A stretch of DNA of 64,000 nt from Phallusia mammillata (taxonomy: Eukaryota): the NCBI GenBank assembly GCA_965637545.1, contig OZ281497.1, forward strand, positions 18,848,001 through 18,912,000. Direction: 5' to 3'. Below the pieces are notes generated by a model, which worked only from the letters and a program-made list of their open reading frames with translations, did not search any database and was not told where the DNA came from. Each line of letters begins with the position of its first letter. Within the stretch, counting starts at the first letter, position 1. Positions 40,101-53,300 of the stretch are shown here, piece after piece. The position numbers and the translations under genes are program-made.

Positions 40101-43100
40101 CACTTTAAAAAAAATGTTTTTTAGCAACTTTCAACGTGGGGGAAGCAATAGCCATTACAGCTTCCAGTCCAACACACAACATCGACAAAGTTCTGGTTCC
40201 AGCTCTGTGACCAGCACAATGTTACGAATGAAAAGGTAAATAGAAATACATGCAGTTTTTGGGTCATTAGTGAAAACACATTTGGTAATACAGGGTGTAT
40301 GAATTGCACAACAAATTCGACCCTGTTTAAAACACTACAATTTTTAAAAACATGAAAATGTGCATTAAACTATGATGTTGGCCACAATAATTGAGTAAAA
40401 AGTCACATGTGTCCTACTGGTCACATGTTTGTCACCCCAGTTTAGGTCATTACACCCAGAATTACAATTTAGTTTTTAACTTCAAATTTATTACAGTTAC
40501 AGAAAATATTCAACTGGTTCAATAGACCGGTCACGATTGGCAGTGCCACCAATTGGCCAAATTGGACCTGGATATAGTGGAAGTTTGCCCCGAGGATGGG
40601 GATATCGCACAACACCACAAGTAACCCGAACACCAAGTATCAAATCTCTTCACTCAGACCACAGTGGTAGTCCCAAGATTTGTTCAATCTGTGGGACTTC
40701 AAGAAAAACATGTCGCCACAATTCAGGCTCTATGACAAAACTGAACTGGGAGGCTTCAGACCAAGTTCAATCCTACTATGAATTTCAGTCAACAATTGGG
40801 AGAGAACTGCCAACTCTAAATTCACGTTGGCATCGCATGACTGCAGAAGAGTTCAAGCGATTTTCCGCTATTCCTGAAGAGAAACGTAGAAGTGGTGTGA
40901 ACTCTTTTTACCTGGAGGGTAATGAAGGAATGAGCAGTACACAGATGGCTTGGGATAAGAAAGCAAAAACACTGGAACGCACAAACCTCTCTTCACACAG
41001 TAGTTCTATGAGACAGTACAGTATTGCAGTTGATATCCACTCCCCAACACACAAAAAAGAGGAATCACAACTTTTACCCTCACCGTCTATCAAGACCAAA
41101 ACACCAGAGACAAATAAAAAACTATCAGAAACCATAACAACCAATCGCCCATTAACTCCCAAAAAGCTAAAGGCAAAATCTATCAAGACCTTTGAAATTG
41201 GCCGTTCCCTTGGCAAACGCAGTGGTAAAAAGGGTGATCCAAACCAAGCAAAGTTGAGTATGCCCACACCAAAACATTCCAAAAGAAAAAGTGAGCGAAT
41301 GTCAGCTTATAGTGAAAAACTTATTAAGGCAGTGGAAAAATGGAAGCAAGAGGAAGAACGGATGAAAATAAATGTTGTGACATGAAATCATGTTTACTGT
41401 GCATTTGAATCTGCTTTTTTGTCAGATGCTGCAAAATGTTGTTTTTTCTCCAAATGTTCCATCTAAGTTTCAAAAATCAAAATAACCAAAAAAGATGCTA
41501 AGATTGACTTATTACAAATTGCCTGGCACTTCTAGTGTTAAAACACCCAATTGTCACTGTACCCTGCCTGTATGACTAGTTCAAATGTATAAAATATGTA
41601 TCAAACTCAGGCAACAAATACCTGTACAAGTGGGGGCTGTTTCCCATTCAAATTGGCAGTGAGGATCTTGGTTGCATCCTCTGGAAACACTGACTCGAGC
41701 AAGAAATTATATCGCTGCAAGAATAGATACAATATATTTGCTGAATGTTTTAAGGAAAAAAAATGTGTTGTGTAAATACCTTCGTGTTGCACAGGTTGAA
41801 TAAATTCCAAGACACATCATGAAAAACCAATAGTAAAGTTCCACAAAGAAGCAATGTCCAAAGGATTGGTAGAATTGCAAATATGTTCATAACACTTATC
41901 ACATGGTAATCACTAAAAGTGTCATAAAATAACAGTATTGACTTAATCACAGTTAATTGCATTTAATTAAACTTACCATGTTTTAAGGCCAAGAAAACCT
42001 GCTATTAAATCTCTGGGCACAAATCCCAAGAAGTAATAAAACATTACAAAATTGCGAAGAAGTCTTGTGCATGAAATTGTGGCATTCTTTACAATTGTTG
42101 AAAAGTTGCATTTCAAATACAGTAGCCTTGTTTGCTGAAGTAATGAAAAAAAGTTGAAACTAGCAAGAAGCATATGCGCACAAATGAATTGATAAACATA
42201 CTTGAACTAATGGAAAACTCAAGCAATATTTTTGTTCTTTTTCATTGGCTATGAAATTGACAGTCCCAACAAAGCCACTGAACAGAAGCAGCAACAACCA
42301 GTGCTCATTGAAGCATCTTGTAGAAAAACAAAACACTTTAAAATTATTCAAAAATTTTATCAAAGAAAAAAGATAATTTTGGTCATTTGCAACTACCTAA
42401 AAATGCCCATGCCCTTTAAAACTTTTGTGTGTATTTTCACAAAATAAACAAATATTTTTAGTGAGTCAGTGATCACAATCTACAATTAAAAAAGCCAGAC
42501 AAACGACATCCATCCTTAGAACAATTTTACTGCATTGTTCACGGGTACAACTAAAGTAAGAGACCGCCTAAGACTTAACCACATATGTTAATATACATAC
42601 ATTTCTCCAGTTGATGCTTGAGCAGAGCAGTCAGTAAGAGGTGAAGAATACTGACTTGGTACCAACAAAGACACAAAGGTAAAAATGACAATAGCCAGCA
42701 AACTATGGCACAAGACGTACATCACATGTTTTCCATGGAAACATTTTTTAAGTGTTTCATAATGAGAAACTTCTACCTTGGGAACAACTTAAAAAAGGAA
42801 GTGGTAAAAGTAAGGCATTTAAAAAAATTACAGAAAGCAATTTACCTGAGAAGTGGTTGGCAAACAATGCAATGTAGGTTGCACTTACAAAAGCCAAAGT
42901 GAATATTACTAACCACACATGAAATGACAATAAGCGTAGAACATAATCTGGAATTTAAGGAGATTATTAAAAACACAGAAAGTGACTGGATATAGGATGT
43001 CATGAGAAAACTTTAAGTTTATGAGTACTTTTTAAAAAACGCAATCTCACTTTCGTAATAATAGTCTGTCTACCTCTTCTTTACAAAATAAAAACAAAAC

Positions 43101-43802
43101 AATTAGTTAGAAAAGTTATGGATAAAACTTCAATTAAAACAAAACTGGCAGCTATACCAAACATACCATGAACCACGTAAACATGATTCCAAGGATTGAT
43201 CACCCACAAAAAGAAAAACACTTGTAGGAAAAGAAAGTTTGTTGTCCATGACCAGAACAGTGCAGAATATGTTCGAAATTTAAATTCCTAAAAAATACAC
43301 AAAGGGTTCCAGTACGAACTTCATATCAAGGTTAACTGCTTAATATGAAATGATACTTCAGCATAAGGCAAGGCTAGGGGTCATGTCTAAAACTGTGGGC
43401 CCACTTGGCCCGTTTTTCCCTGCGAGAGACGGCCAAGCAATGGATATAGTGGGCCCGCAGTTTTTCCTTGCAAGAGGCGGGCCAATCACTGGATATTGTG
43501 GACCAGCAGTTTTTATACTCTCGAAAAGCGGGCCGCAGTTTTTTAATTGCATGAGGCAGGCCAAGTGTTGGGCCAAGCGGGCCAGGCGGGCAAAGTGATC
43601 CAAGTGGGCCCGCAGTTTTAGATGTGACCGCAAGGCTAGTGGTTGTAGGTAAATGACTTTGCAAATATTTGGAGTCATGCAACTTGCTGCTTGTTAATTT
43701 GCACATTTTTTTTTATCTGTGATGGCCTTCATTTACTAAAAAAACATTAATTTGTGTTTATTATACATCTTTCAATAGTACCTGGAATAAAGTGATATAC
43801 AT
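34117..43802 (-). CDS. NDC1: Transmembrane nucleoporin NDC1 (TMEM48), multi-exon, split by a 5.3-kb intron (41621-36346)
   Basis: 5' exons give CFNEHWLLLLL..LSFPLVQ and RNFVMFYYFLGFVP. The junction NGKQPPLVQ|HLAFQHL matches human NSNPPPIIK-YLALQDL. 3' exons give WALQSISIVVEASFTEDNFGVVQ and KNAIYRITNTFGSHL..KLRGFVEHKE*. The start at 43802 (MYITLFQ|EFKFR) is tentative. Confidence 0.9.
36706..41385 (+). CDS. Adhesion GPCR (signal peptide, trefoil-like domain, GAIN/GPS, 7TM, long C-tail), ~16 exons, nested antisense in an NDC1 intron
   Basis: GPS reads TC..W...GC..VTCFCNHT/TKFAILF. The 7TM exons give HYFMLASGMWMLIEG, AGWGIP, YCWLS, GILVLFPILGVPWLIGF and ILNGLQGVFIFILY. Tail exons 39871-40028, 40125-40235 and 40503-41385 join in frame. 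One ectodomain junction (~37720-37880) could not be phased with certainty. Confidence 0.88.
43378..43630. mobile_element. 253-bp MITE with long TIRs and a 9-bp TSD (Mutator-like or other non-hAT superfamily)
   Basis: 31-bp TIRs match at 27/31 (GGGTCATGTCTAAAACTGTGGGCCCACTTGG). The flanking direct repeat is CAAGGCTAG (43369-43377, 43631-43639). GGGCC(C)GCAGTTTT is repeated internally. Confidence 0.8.
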
Positions 43803-45286
43803 GAAGGGTCATACATTATCTATTTTTTAAGCTTGTGTTTCCATTTCCATTAACTTCAGACAAAATGGCCTTCAAGAATATTTCTCAACATATTGCTCTA
43901 CACAAAGCTTTACTAGACCCAGGCAACCATTCAATTTGTATGATGCTCATAAAATAATAGTGGTGCAGCGTTCTGCAAAGTTTTATCACAAACCAAAAAC
44001 TTCGTTTGCAACTCACGTGTAAAATTAGCCAATGTGAATCCATTTTCGATGGTTTATGTCATGGCTCATAAGTAAGATCCAAAAAGCGACGTTTGTAAGA
44101 CTGAAATTAAAAGCAAGTGCTTCAATAACAAGTTAGTAAGTTACACGCTGCAAAATTTGTGTGGCCCGCGCCGATTTTGGCATTGTAGCAGCGCCATCTT
44201 CAGGTTTTATGATTTTTTTGTCCTGTTTGGAATTTCAGCTTTCAGGCATATTGCTCGTTCATGAATGGTGTGTGAGAATAAGCTTGTTTTATTTTTGTCC
44301 AAAAAACAAACTTGGAATCTATAACACCTTTTTACTGGTAATACAAGTGCTACACGGGCTTGGTAATATGATATCGTTGTTTTGGCACATTTGGCGCGCA
44401 AAATGCAATCCAAGATGATGTGTTGTGTTGTTTTGCTTCTAAGTTTTTGGCAGAATGAAGAGCAAGCAATATTTGTGTTATCTGGCACTGACATAAACCA
44501 ATATTGTTAGTTAAAGGTGGTTACAAAGCTGTTAGTCACTTTTCTTCCAAAACGTTTAGTGTTTTTAAGGCGAAACGGGATTTTTTTTGGGAAAAACATT
44601 CAGGAACACCCAACTCAATGAAGCAGGGTAAGTGAAAGTTCTTTTTATATTTTTATTATGTACTTAATGATAAAATAACTTCTGTGTGCTGTGTGGTGAT
44701 TTTTATAAAAAAAACTTTTTAAAATATGTAGTCCATGGGAGATGTGTAAAGGCTTCTAAAGGTTGCAGTGTAGCATCATTGTTTATGTAATAGTAGGAGG
44801 TGCAATGTATAAGGGATTACAACTATCACAAATAATGAGGTACAATTATACTTTTCTTATTGTATTAGTCATTACAAAGGTGCTCAGCTTAAAAGGAACT
44901 GTTAAAAAAAACTTTTGTATATTGATGTTGCTTGAGATTGGCATATTGCTGCCTGAGATGTAATTTGGCACAAACGCAACATAACTTTTTATTAAATTAA
45001 ACAGTTAATAAATTAATGTCTTTTTTACTATTCACTGTTATCAACACTAAATACCAGCAACAAAGCTATGTTGGCAAGAACATTTAATCAAGATTAAAAC
45101 AAAAAACATGGTACAAGTTCTTAATAATAAACAATAAATGTGGAAAATCTCTTTAAACAATTAAACGGCTAACAGTTTTGCAGTTTTGGTTTATCACTTC
45201 AAGTCCAAAACATGTACATTGTATGTTTTGGTCTATGTTTGTGACATGCAAGTAATGATAAATGCTAATTGACATAGAAAAAACAA

Positions 45287-48200
45287 TTATATGACAGTTT
45301 CCTTTTCTTGATCTTCTTCTTTCTCTTGACTGGTGGTTGATAAAGCTTGTAATTCTGGTGACGAGTTGACCTTTTCCTCGTCGTCAAGTTGTTTCTTCTT
45401 CTCTTCTCCAATTACAAAACGATATAATGCTATTATGAAGCAGAGTGACAATATTTTTACAGCAACAAGCAATCCACCAAAACTTGTGCGAAAACTGTCA
45501 GCATCATACAGCTGCAAATATTTGGAACATAAGTGAGTCAAAATTGTGCAAACAGTTTTGCATGTAGGTGCAAGAAGTTTAAAATTTATTCAAAATAACC
45601 TCATCAATGTTTCACTCTCTACTTAGCCTGTTACTAATTCTTAATGTGTGTGGGGTTTCTCTATGTGACACTTACTCACCCGACAATATGATCGTTCACT
45701 GCAAGTTTGCTGCGTCCATAACAAACAAGTTTGGTCAATCGCATAGCCAAACACAATAGGAGCAGGTATCCAACCGAGCAAACGATAAACAAAAAATGCC
45801 ACACTAAGTCCAAAAGACTTCTCTTTTGGCCCCAGGGTTCTAAACAAAATTGTTTTAATAAGTTGTCTGCAAAAGTTAAGCGCACTGTGAAATAGTTACC
45901 TCATTACCAACATCATTAAAGGAGTGGCAGCTAAACCGGCAACGAAATTTGTGAGCGATGTGACGCCAATTACAACCCACGCCAGCCCTTCACACTTGCT
46001 TTCGTAACATTTGCCGACCGTTACAACTTGCTCGTGAGGAGATTGTGCAACGCATGAACATAAGGTGTAGTTCTGGACACACGGATATTATTGAATATAT
46101 ATGAGCAAACTAATTCAGATAACTTACTTGAGCATTGCTGCTTTCGTCGTAAACGGAATCACTACAGCCAGCTATACATGGCGATTGGTATGTTATTTGA
46201 CCTGGTCCGCACACTGGCGTGTAAACATCAGGATTGCAATTGCAAGCAGAATTACATTCAGCTGTGGTTGTACCTTTTGAGGTTTCATAATCACTGCCGT
46301 ACATATTGTTTTTATTAAAACGTTGTTGTTTCTCTCTGTCAAAAACTTACCTATTTGGATACGGCACGGTCAAACCTGCGAAGTCGTTGGGGCCACATCC
46401 AATCACTATTAGAGCAGCGAAAGCGACCAGGGTAACTACGTACGTTGCAAGAACCAACCGTATGTTAGCCATCACTCCCAACTTGAACCGCTTAATTGCT
46501 AGTGCTCCCAACATTGTACCAACCACCAGAAAGGGGAAATTGACTGCCCCTAAAATAAGAGAAAAATTTAAATCTTTCGGATTCGAAGATGTCGAAGACC
46601 GAGAGACGTACCCACTAGAAAGCTTGCTTCAGCGGCCGTCTTACCGAATCCCACTTCCAGATATTTCACCATGAAAGTTACAACGCCAGATATCTTAAAG
46701 CATTCGCAGATCCACGATCCAACTAACAGAAGATATTTCGGATTGTATAGCAACTTTTTTGTTGCGATGAGAAACCCACTGCATTTGAAAAAAATAATTT
46801 TAACAATTTAAAATTATAGTGTTAAAGTAATGAGAGTAGTACTGGGAATTGGGAGTAGTTATTTGTTTGCATTTGGTTCCGAGTCTTTTAAGTCCGTATG
46901 CACAAGGTTAAAAAGCAATAATACACATTAACATAAAGTTTTTTAAACGTGTTATGTTTTATTACACACCTCCAGTCATTTACAGCCTGATCTTGCTTGT
47001 AGCTATCTTTAAAATCTATTTCACCTTCTTGTATTTCCTCGTCAGAAAGACCCTTCTACAGAAAACAGTGTTATCTTTGTTGAATTGCTGCTTAACCAAA
47101 GAGGATTATGAAAGTTCGAAATATTTAAAATTGTAAAGGCTTTTAAAACCTCTTGTTTCTCTGTTTCTTTGGTCATGGTTTTCGGGTAAAACCAAACGGG
47201 CAAACTGGAGACGAGCATCGCCGCGGCAGCGATATAGAACCCGAGCCACCAAGCTCCGACCCAACCTGGATGGTGGGGATCAATCGTGATCGAATCTTGG
47301 CAAAAAATTAAAATTAACAAATGTGAGAGTTACTGCTACAAATTTGAAATGTGTTGATGGTTGTGACCAGCACGTCATTGCGAATGGCCTACAAATGAAT
47401 AAATTGTTTTATTGACGTTTTTTAGAACGCCTTGAAGCGAACTCAGCGAATTTGATTTGATTGCTAATTTAAGTTTCAGTAAAACTGCTTGGATTTGTTT
47501 AAAAAGGTTGTGAACATTCACTGAAACCTGCTCGGTTTTCGGTTTCTCTTGCTCAAGGCATGTTTTTTTTCAATGGAAAACCCTACAAGTCATGAAACAC
47601 TATCTTAAACGTTGTTACTCTCTGCGAAGTAAAGAATGACGGTAATAAGACACAAAATGGTGGTAAAACAAACCCGTTTACCTTCATTCACCCATCCAAT
47701 ATCAACATATATCTTAAGAACAGCGGCCCCTCCAACGAAGCCTACAATCGGCCCCACCAATGCGATGGTCTGTATAATTCCTGAAATTTAACACGTTAAA
47801 TCGCGTCACATGAAGGGTTGAAAACGTTCAATATGTGTAAAACATAAGTTATAACATCCTTCGCGGTGTGTATTAACACAGTTTTGCAAGCTTACTCAGC
47901 ATGTTGTCTCACGGCTGGCTTGAACGAAACCATGACACAGCACTTTGAGTATGAAAGCCTACACTTCGTTTTGTTTTTTTACTTCAACTCAATGTGAATT
48001 AAGTTTTAAAAGCTTTTTGCATTTCTAACTTGCATTTTTGTCTGATCATGAATGTGTGAACGTAGTTGTTTCGACAGCATATTATTTATACTAGCAATAA
48101 AACCTTTTTGGCCAATAAAATTCTAACACCTGTCACGTATATATATTTTATATATATGGCCTGCATTGAAAGTTTTATTGTCGACAAATTGTTATGATAC

Positions 48201-49252
48201 GCCTGCGGTTGTTTTGCAAAAACCTTACCAATATAAGCTGCGGCATTGTGTGATGACGCGTGGTCGTCAACGTACGCAAAACCTAATGGAAAAAGCGGTG
48301 CGTCCCCAACCCCAGCGAGCATCACTCCAATTACTATTAAAATGTACAAGTTTGACGAGGATGCGGCGTCGGTATCGTCAGCATCACATTTTTCCTCAGT
48401 TATCGCAGTGGTAGGAGAACTAAAACAAAGTTTGAAACTCGTTACCTTACATTCGGAGTTCACTGGATGATGATACAGATTATATATAATGAAGCTGCTT
48501 GTTGGTGAAAAACCGAATTATATTTGAATTGGAAGTCATTAAAAATGTGCTCACAACCACGAGACTAAGCTATATGATAACTTACTGCAAATCGCATGTA
48601 ATCGATTGGCGTTGATCGGAACCTTGGTAACTTGTATTAATGGATATGTCATCAAACTTGTAGCGACCGCCAATGAACTGCGGTAATCCACATAACAAAT
48701 ACCCCGCCGTTATCACCAAACATCCTATGCCGATCATTCGAGGTCTAAATAACACGAAAAGTTAACAAGCACACGGTAAAAGAACGCCTGCTTCAGTTGC
48801 ATGTGAAGTGGGACTGACCTGTTAAAGCGTTGTCCGAAATACCCGACAAACAACATTACGCTGAGATTACCTATTTGCGCACTGGTCGCAATTAGGGCAG
48901 AGGTCGTGCTGGAAAGTTGGAACCTTCGTTCGATTGTTGTCAACACACTTTTCGTGTACGCACCCGCAAATATCTAAAAAATAACATTAAACTGGAGATA
49001 AATGTATTTGATATTGCTTATGCTTCGTGCATGTATATTTGTGCACATATATAAGCCGTCAGTATGGTGAACCGATTGTTAAAAACATACTGCCAAACAA
49101 AACCCCACTTTTGCAGCAAAATTTAAACAAATTTAAAGCACGATAAAGTAGGATCTAAATCCAAAGGTTAAAAAATTTACCTTTACGAATCCAAGCAATC
49201 CAACCCATACTGCAAATGTCCGGACAGAAACGCAACAACTTCTAAATTTCAT
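45287..49252 (-). CDS. SLCO: OATP/SLCO organic anion transporting polypeptide, paralogue A
   Basis: MKFRSCCVSVRTFAVWVG, TTIERRFQLSSTTSALIA, PLFPLGFAYVDD, WVGAWWLGF, Kazal-like CNSACNCNPDVYTPVCG, LLGWIPAPIVFGYAID; ends EKETVI*. Confidence 0.92.
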
Positions 49253-50353
49253 GGTATGTGTGAGCTGTGGTGCGTCGATATAGTTTGACAAAACTTGACC
49301 AAGCCTAACAGTTCTGCAAATTTATGGTCTGATCTGCAAAAAAATACAGGTGTGTGCAAACGTAAATAAATATTTTTTATACAAACAGATTGCATTTCCA
49401 GTACATTGCACTATCCAGACACTCGGTTAAAAATTAATTGCAGAAAATATGGTTAACATGTCTATCTCGAACAATGCGAAGTAACCCAATCTTTCAAAGG
49501 CTGTCTAACTCATTTGCCAAATTTGATCAAGCATTCGTGATACACTGCATACATCCACGTCTTAGTGTGTCTTGAGACTAATAAAACACCACACCTTGGG
49601 CACCTTCTCTCTTATAAGTGACCATTGTTACGAAACGTATAAACGCGTTGATTTGAATCGGGTACAGCGAGCGCCGACAAGGGAAACACTATAACAAATA
49701 ATAATTTCTCTTTCTTCTAAATAGTGCTGACTTTAGTAAAAGTTTGCGATATTTAACACCATTTAAAATCGCCATGTCACTCTGACGTGTGATTACAAAT
49801 TGAACAGCAATGCTTATCTTTCGACAGCAGTAACTCAGGTCGCGTTCCACAGCAGAAATTTATTTGTTTGGTGAAAAATGCTTACGACGACCAACATGTG
49901 ACGTAGAAGCAAACGCTTGCTTAACTGCCGCAAGAATCTGCTTATTTGTCAACATGTTTACCAGGTAGCAACCAACAGTATATAAGTTGCGTGGAAGTTT
50001 GTAATGCATGGTAGGGATAGGCTATACTTCTGCAAATAGTTCATCAACATTTGTTTGTTAAGCTTTCGTTTTGTTGGCATAAAAATTCGTCAATACCATT
50101 TATATTAAGTTTGGGCCACATAAAAAGTCTAGAAACCACTGTCCTAAAACTACCTCAACACCAAAAAAAATTAAAAAAAATGACTGATGTACGATTGGCT
50201 GCAGGTCACTCTTAATTCGTAACGCACTAAATTAATTTTATATTGTAATGTACAAAAATCAAGACGTTTAAAGGGCAAGTTTGGACAAAGAAAAAATGCC
50301 CCGCTAAACATGTTTTTTAAAGTGAAAAAACAACAGAAAACTCATGTTGGATA

Positions 50354-53300
50354 TTAAATAACAGTTTCTATGTCCTTTTCTCTGTCGTCTCTGTTGAGAG
50401 GTTGTTGTTCGTCAAGATTCTTATCTTGTTCAATTTGCTTTTTATTTGTTGCTTTGTGACAAAGCACCCGGTACAGGTATATCATGACGACCGTCGATAC
50501 AAACTTGATACCAATCATAAAGCCACCGAAACACCATCGGTACAAATCGTTGTCAAAAAGCTGAAGAAGCAAAAAGGCAACGTAAGTTAGATTTTTACTA
50601 AATCGGGACAAGTTTCGTCAAATCACCCTGCAATAAGCACGGCCGCTGCACTCTGCTTCAGTCCAAAACAAACAAGTTTCATCGATAGCAAACCCGACAA
50701 GTATTGGTGCAGGAATCCATCCAACCAAGCGGCAGATGAAGAATGAAACTCCAATACCAAACGACTTTTCCTCTGGCTTTAAAGATCTTATTGCATCGAA
50801 AAATGACTGTTTAGTCGTTGTTTATTACTCAGATAATGTTTGTACGGAAGAGTTGTGCTTACCTCATGAGGAGGACAAACAGTGGAGTCGTAGCCATCCC
50901 GGCTATTAAGCTAGTAAACGCCTTAAGTGCTATTACTACGTCGGCAAGATTTTCACATTTGCTGGTGTAACAGAGACCAATGGACACCACCTGTTCTTCT
51001 GGTGCATTTGATACACACGAACACGATGAGTAATTCTAAAAGCAAATGAAGGTTAATACGATACGTTTACTGATGCATATTTTAAAGTTTTGTTGAAACA
51101 AACCGCTATGCTGTCTCCTTCGTAAACCGAATCGGAACACCCGGCAAAACAAGGTGATACGTAGGAAATTTGCCCAGGTCCGCAAACCGGCGTGTAAACG
51201 TTTTGGTCACAGTCGCATGGCGCATTACAATCATTGACCGGTGTTTTTTTCAGAGTGTCTGTTTCACTGCTTTAAAGGTAGTTGTAAGAGGAAAAGTGAA
51301 GCGTGTTTGCATTGAATGGACACTTGCCTGTTTGGATATGGAACGGTCAATCCTGCCATGTCAATAGATCCACAACCGATAAATAGGAAACCAATAAAGG
51401 CTATGAGGCTGGTGATATACATAACCAGAACCAGACGCACTATGGCAACCTGACCGAGTTTCCACCGCTTAATCGCAAAACTTCCCAAAATGGTTCCAAG
51501 TACCAGCAATGGAAGATTGGCAACACCTGTAACACATACAGTGTAGTAAAAACACTGGTGTTAAGTTCTGTCAACCACAAAATCAAGGTTTCTACGTTAT
51601 ATTTCAACACCCACTAAATAGTCAGTACAGAAACATACCGATAAGAAAACTACTTTCTGCTGCTGATTTTCCAAACGCCACTTCAAGGTATTTTACCATA
51701 AAAGTTGACACAGAGGAGATTTTAAACCATTCGCAAACCCAAGAAGCCACCACCAGCATAAATCGCTTGTTGGTGAAAAGTTTTTTCAAAGCTGTCCAGA
51801 ATTCGCTGCAAAAAAGTTGTTTTGACCTTACAAAAAATTCAACAAGATTTTGATACGTAAGTTATATCTTTGTTTTATCCGCAGCACTTAAAATAAGTAT
51901 AATCGCAAATCCAACCCTTGGAAGAAAGTCAATGATGTGGTCATTTAAATCATTTGAAACCAAACAAAATGTTCGTACCTTGCTTCTTTACTGATAATGT
52001 TTTGTTTGTGCGATGCTTTAAGATCGGACTTTTCGTCGCTTTCCTGGATTACTTGTGACTGAACTTCTTCATCCTTTCAAAAGCAGGTTTTATCAATCGA
52101 AATTATGATGCTACATCGGTGGCGTGACCAGAAATAATTTTGGCAGGGGGACACAAATTAGGGGAAAGTCTAAAAATTTTGGGACTTCGTGCAAGTCATT
52201 TTAAAACACCAAGTTATGGAACCAAAATGTGCATTTAAAAAATTGCTGTGGGTGTATTGGGTTTACCCTTCTCCTTTCTGTATTAACTCGCCTTCTATGA
52301 AATAACCTTTTAGTTATTGTACCAATTATCTTGGAAAAATTTGTATATTCAACGTAAATAAACATCAGCTTGCTTAAACCAGTGGTCAGCAACCGCCGGT
52401 CCGCGGCCGGGTACCGGTCCGCAAGGGGTTCGTTACCGGGCCGTATAATTTTTCAGGTTAAATGGTATAAAAAATTGCCCCTGTATCCCAGGGATCATAA
52501 ACTAAGTTAAGCGTTCTTATTTGCAAATATTTGTAGTTTTTTGAAGACCGGTCCGCGATAAAATTTTAGTTTCAAAAACGGTCCGCAGTGCAAAAAAGGT
52601 TGCCGACCCCTGGCTTAAACGATCGATAAAAGAACGCACGTTGCCTACTTAATATTAAAACAGTGGCAATGAAACAAAGGTAACACAAGTATAAACTATT
52701 AAAAGATTAACCTAAATCGGTCGTTGATTTTTTTAAGCATAAGAAAATATCCTATCACAAACAAGAGCAAAACCTTTGGCACACTCAAACTGATCGTTGC
52801 ATTACGGTCAAGGTATGTTGCATAAACCTTTGACCTGCATAATCTGAAAGGGAGGATTGTGCACTCCTTATCGCTGTTGAACATGACTGCAAATGACGTT
52901 TTAGTTTGTAACTTTTGTTGACTCAGAAGTGTCAGCTTAAAATCCGTGCGTATAGACATGCAACTAAGACGCAAATGCAAAAACAAGAAACTATTTGAAT
53001 GCTAACAGCTTTGGACTGAAAGCTTGTAAATGTGCTTTCACATTAAAAAACGAGTTTGGGCTTAGTATTGGGGTTTCCGGTTTTTGGTATCGCGCTGGTT
53101 CACCTTGTCTTTTTCTACTTCTTTTTCCATCTCCCTTGGATAGAACCACACGGGAAAACTTGAGAAAATCATTACACCCGCAGCAATAAGGTATCCTAGC
53201 CACCATGCACCGACCCATGCTGGATGACGGGGGTTAATCGTAATTGTTTCTATAAAGAACTTTCATATTAGAATTCATATTAATTCTCTGTTTGGGACAA

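Noticed and set aside
40537-41385. 282-aa ORF as a second independent nested gene
   Set aside because: It starts at TTG and splices in frame to the adhesion GPCR through exon 40125-40235, so it is that gene's last exon.
24201-45287. Polycistronic operon of the co-oriented minus-strand genes (NDC1, orphan, GCDH, UQCRB-like)
   Set aside because: Stop-to-start gaps are ~0.9-2.3 kb with promoter-like sequence and TEs, unlike the near-abutting cistrons of ascidian operons.
50113-50149. Solo hAT-like right end (...TCTAGAAACCACTG + TCCTAAAA)
   Set aside because: No matching left TIR or TSD was found, so the element cannot be delimited.
52117-52170. hAT-like left end (CGGTGGCGTGACCAGA...)
   Set aside because: No partner TIR or TSD identified.
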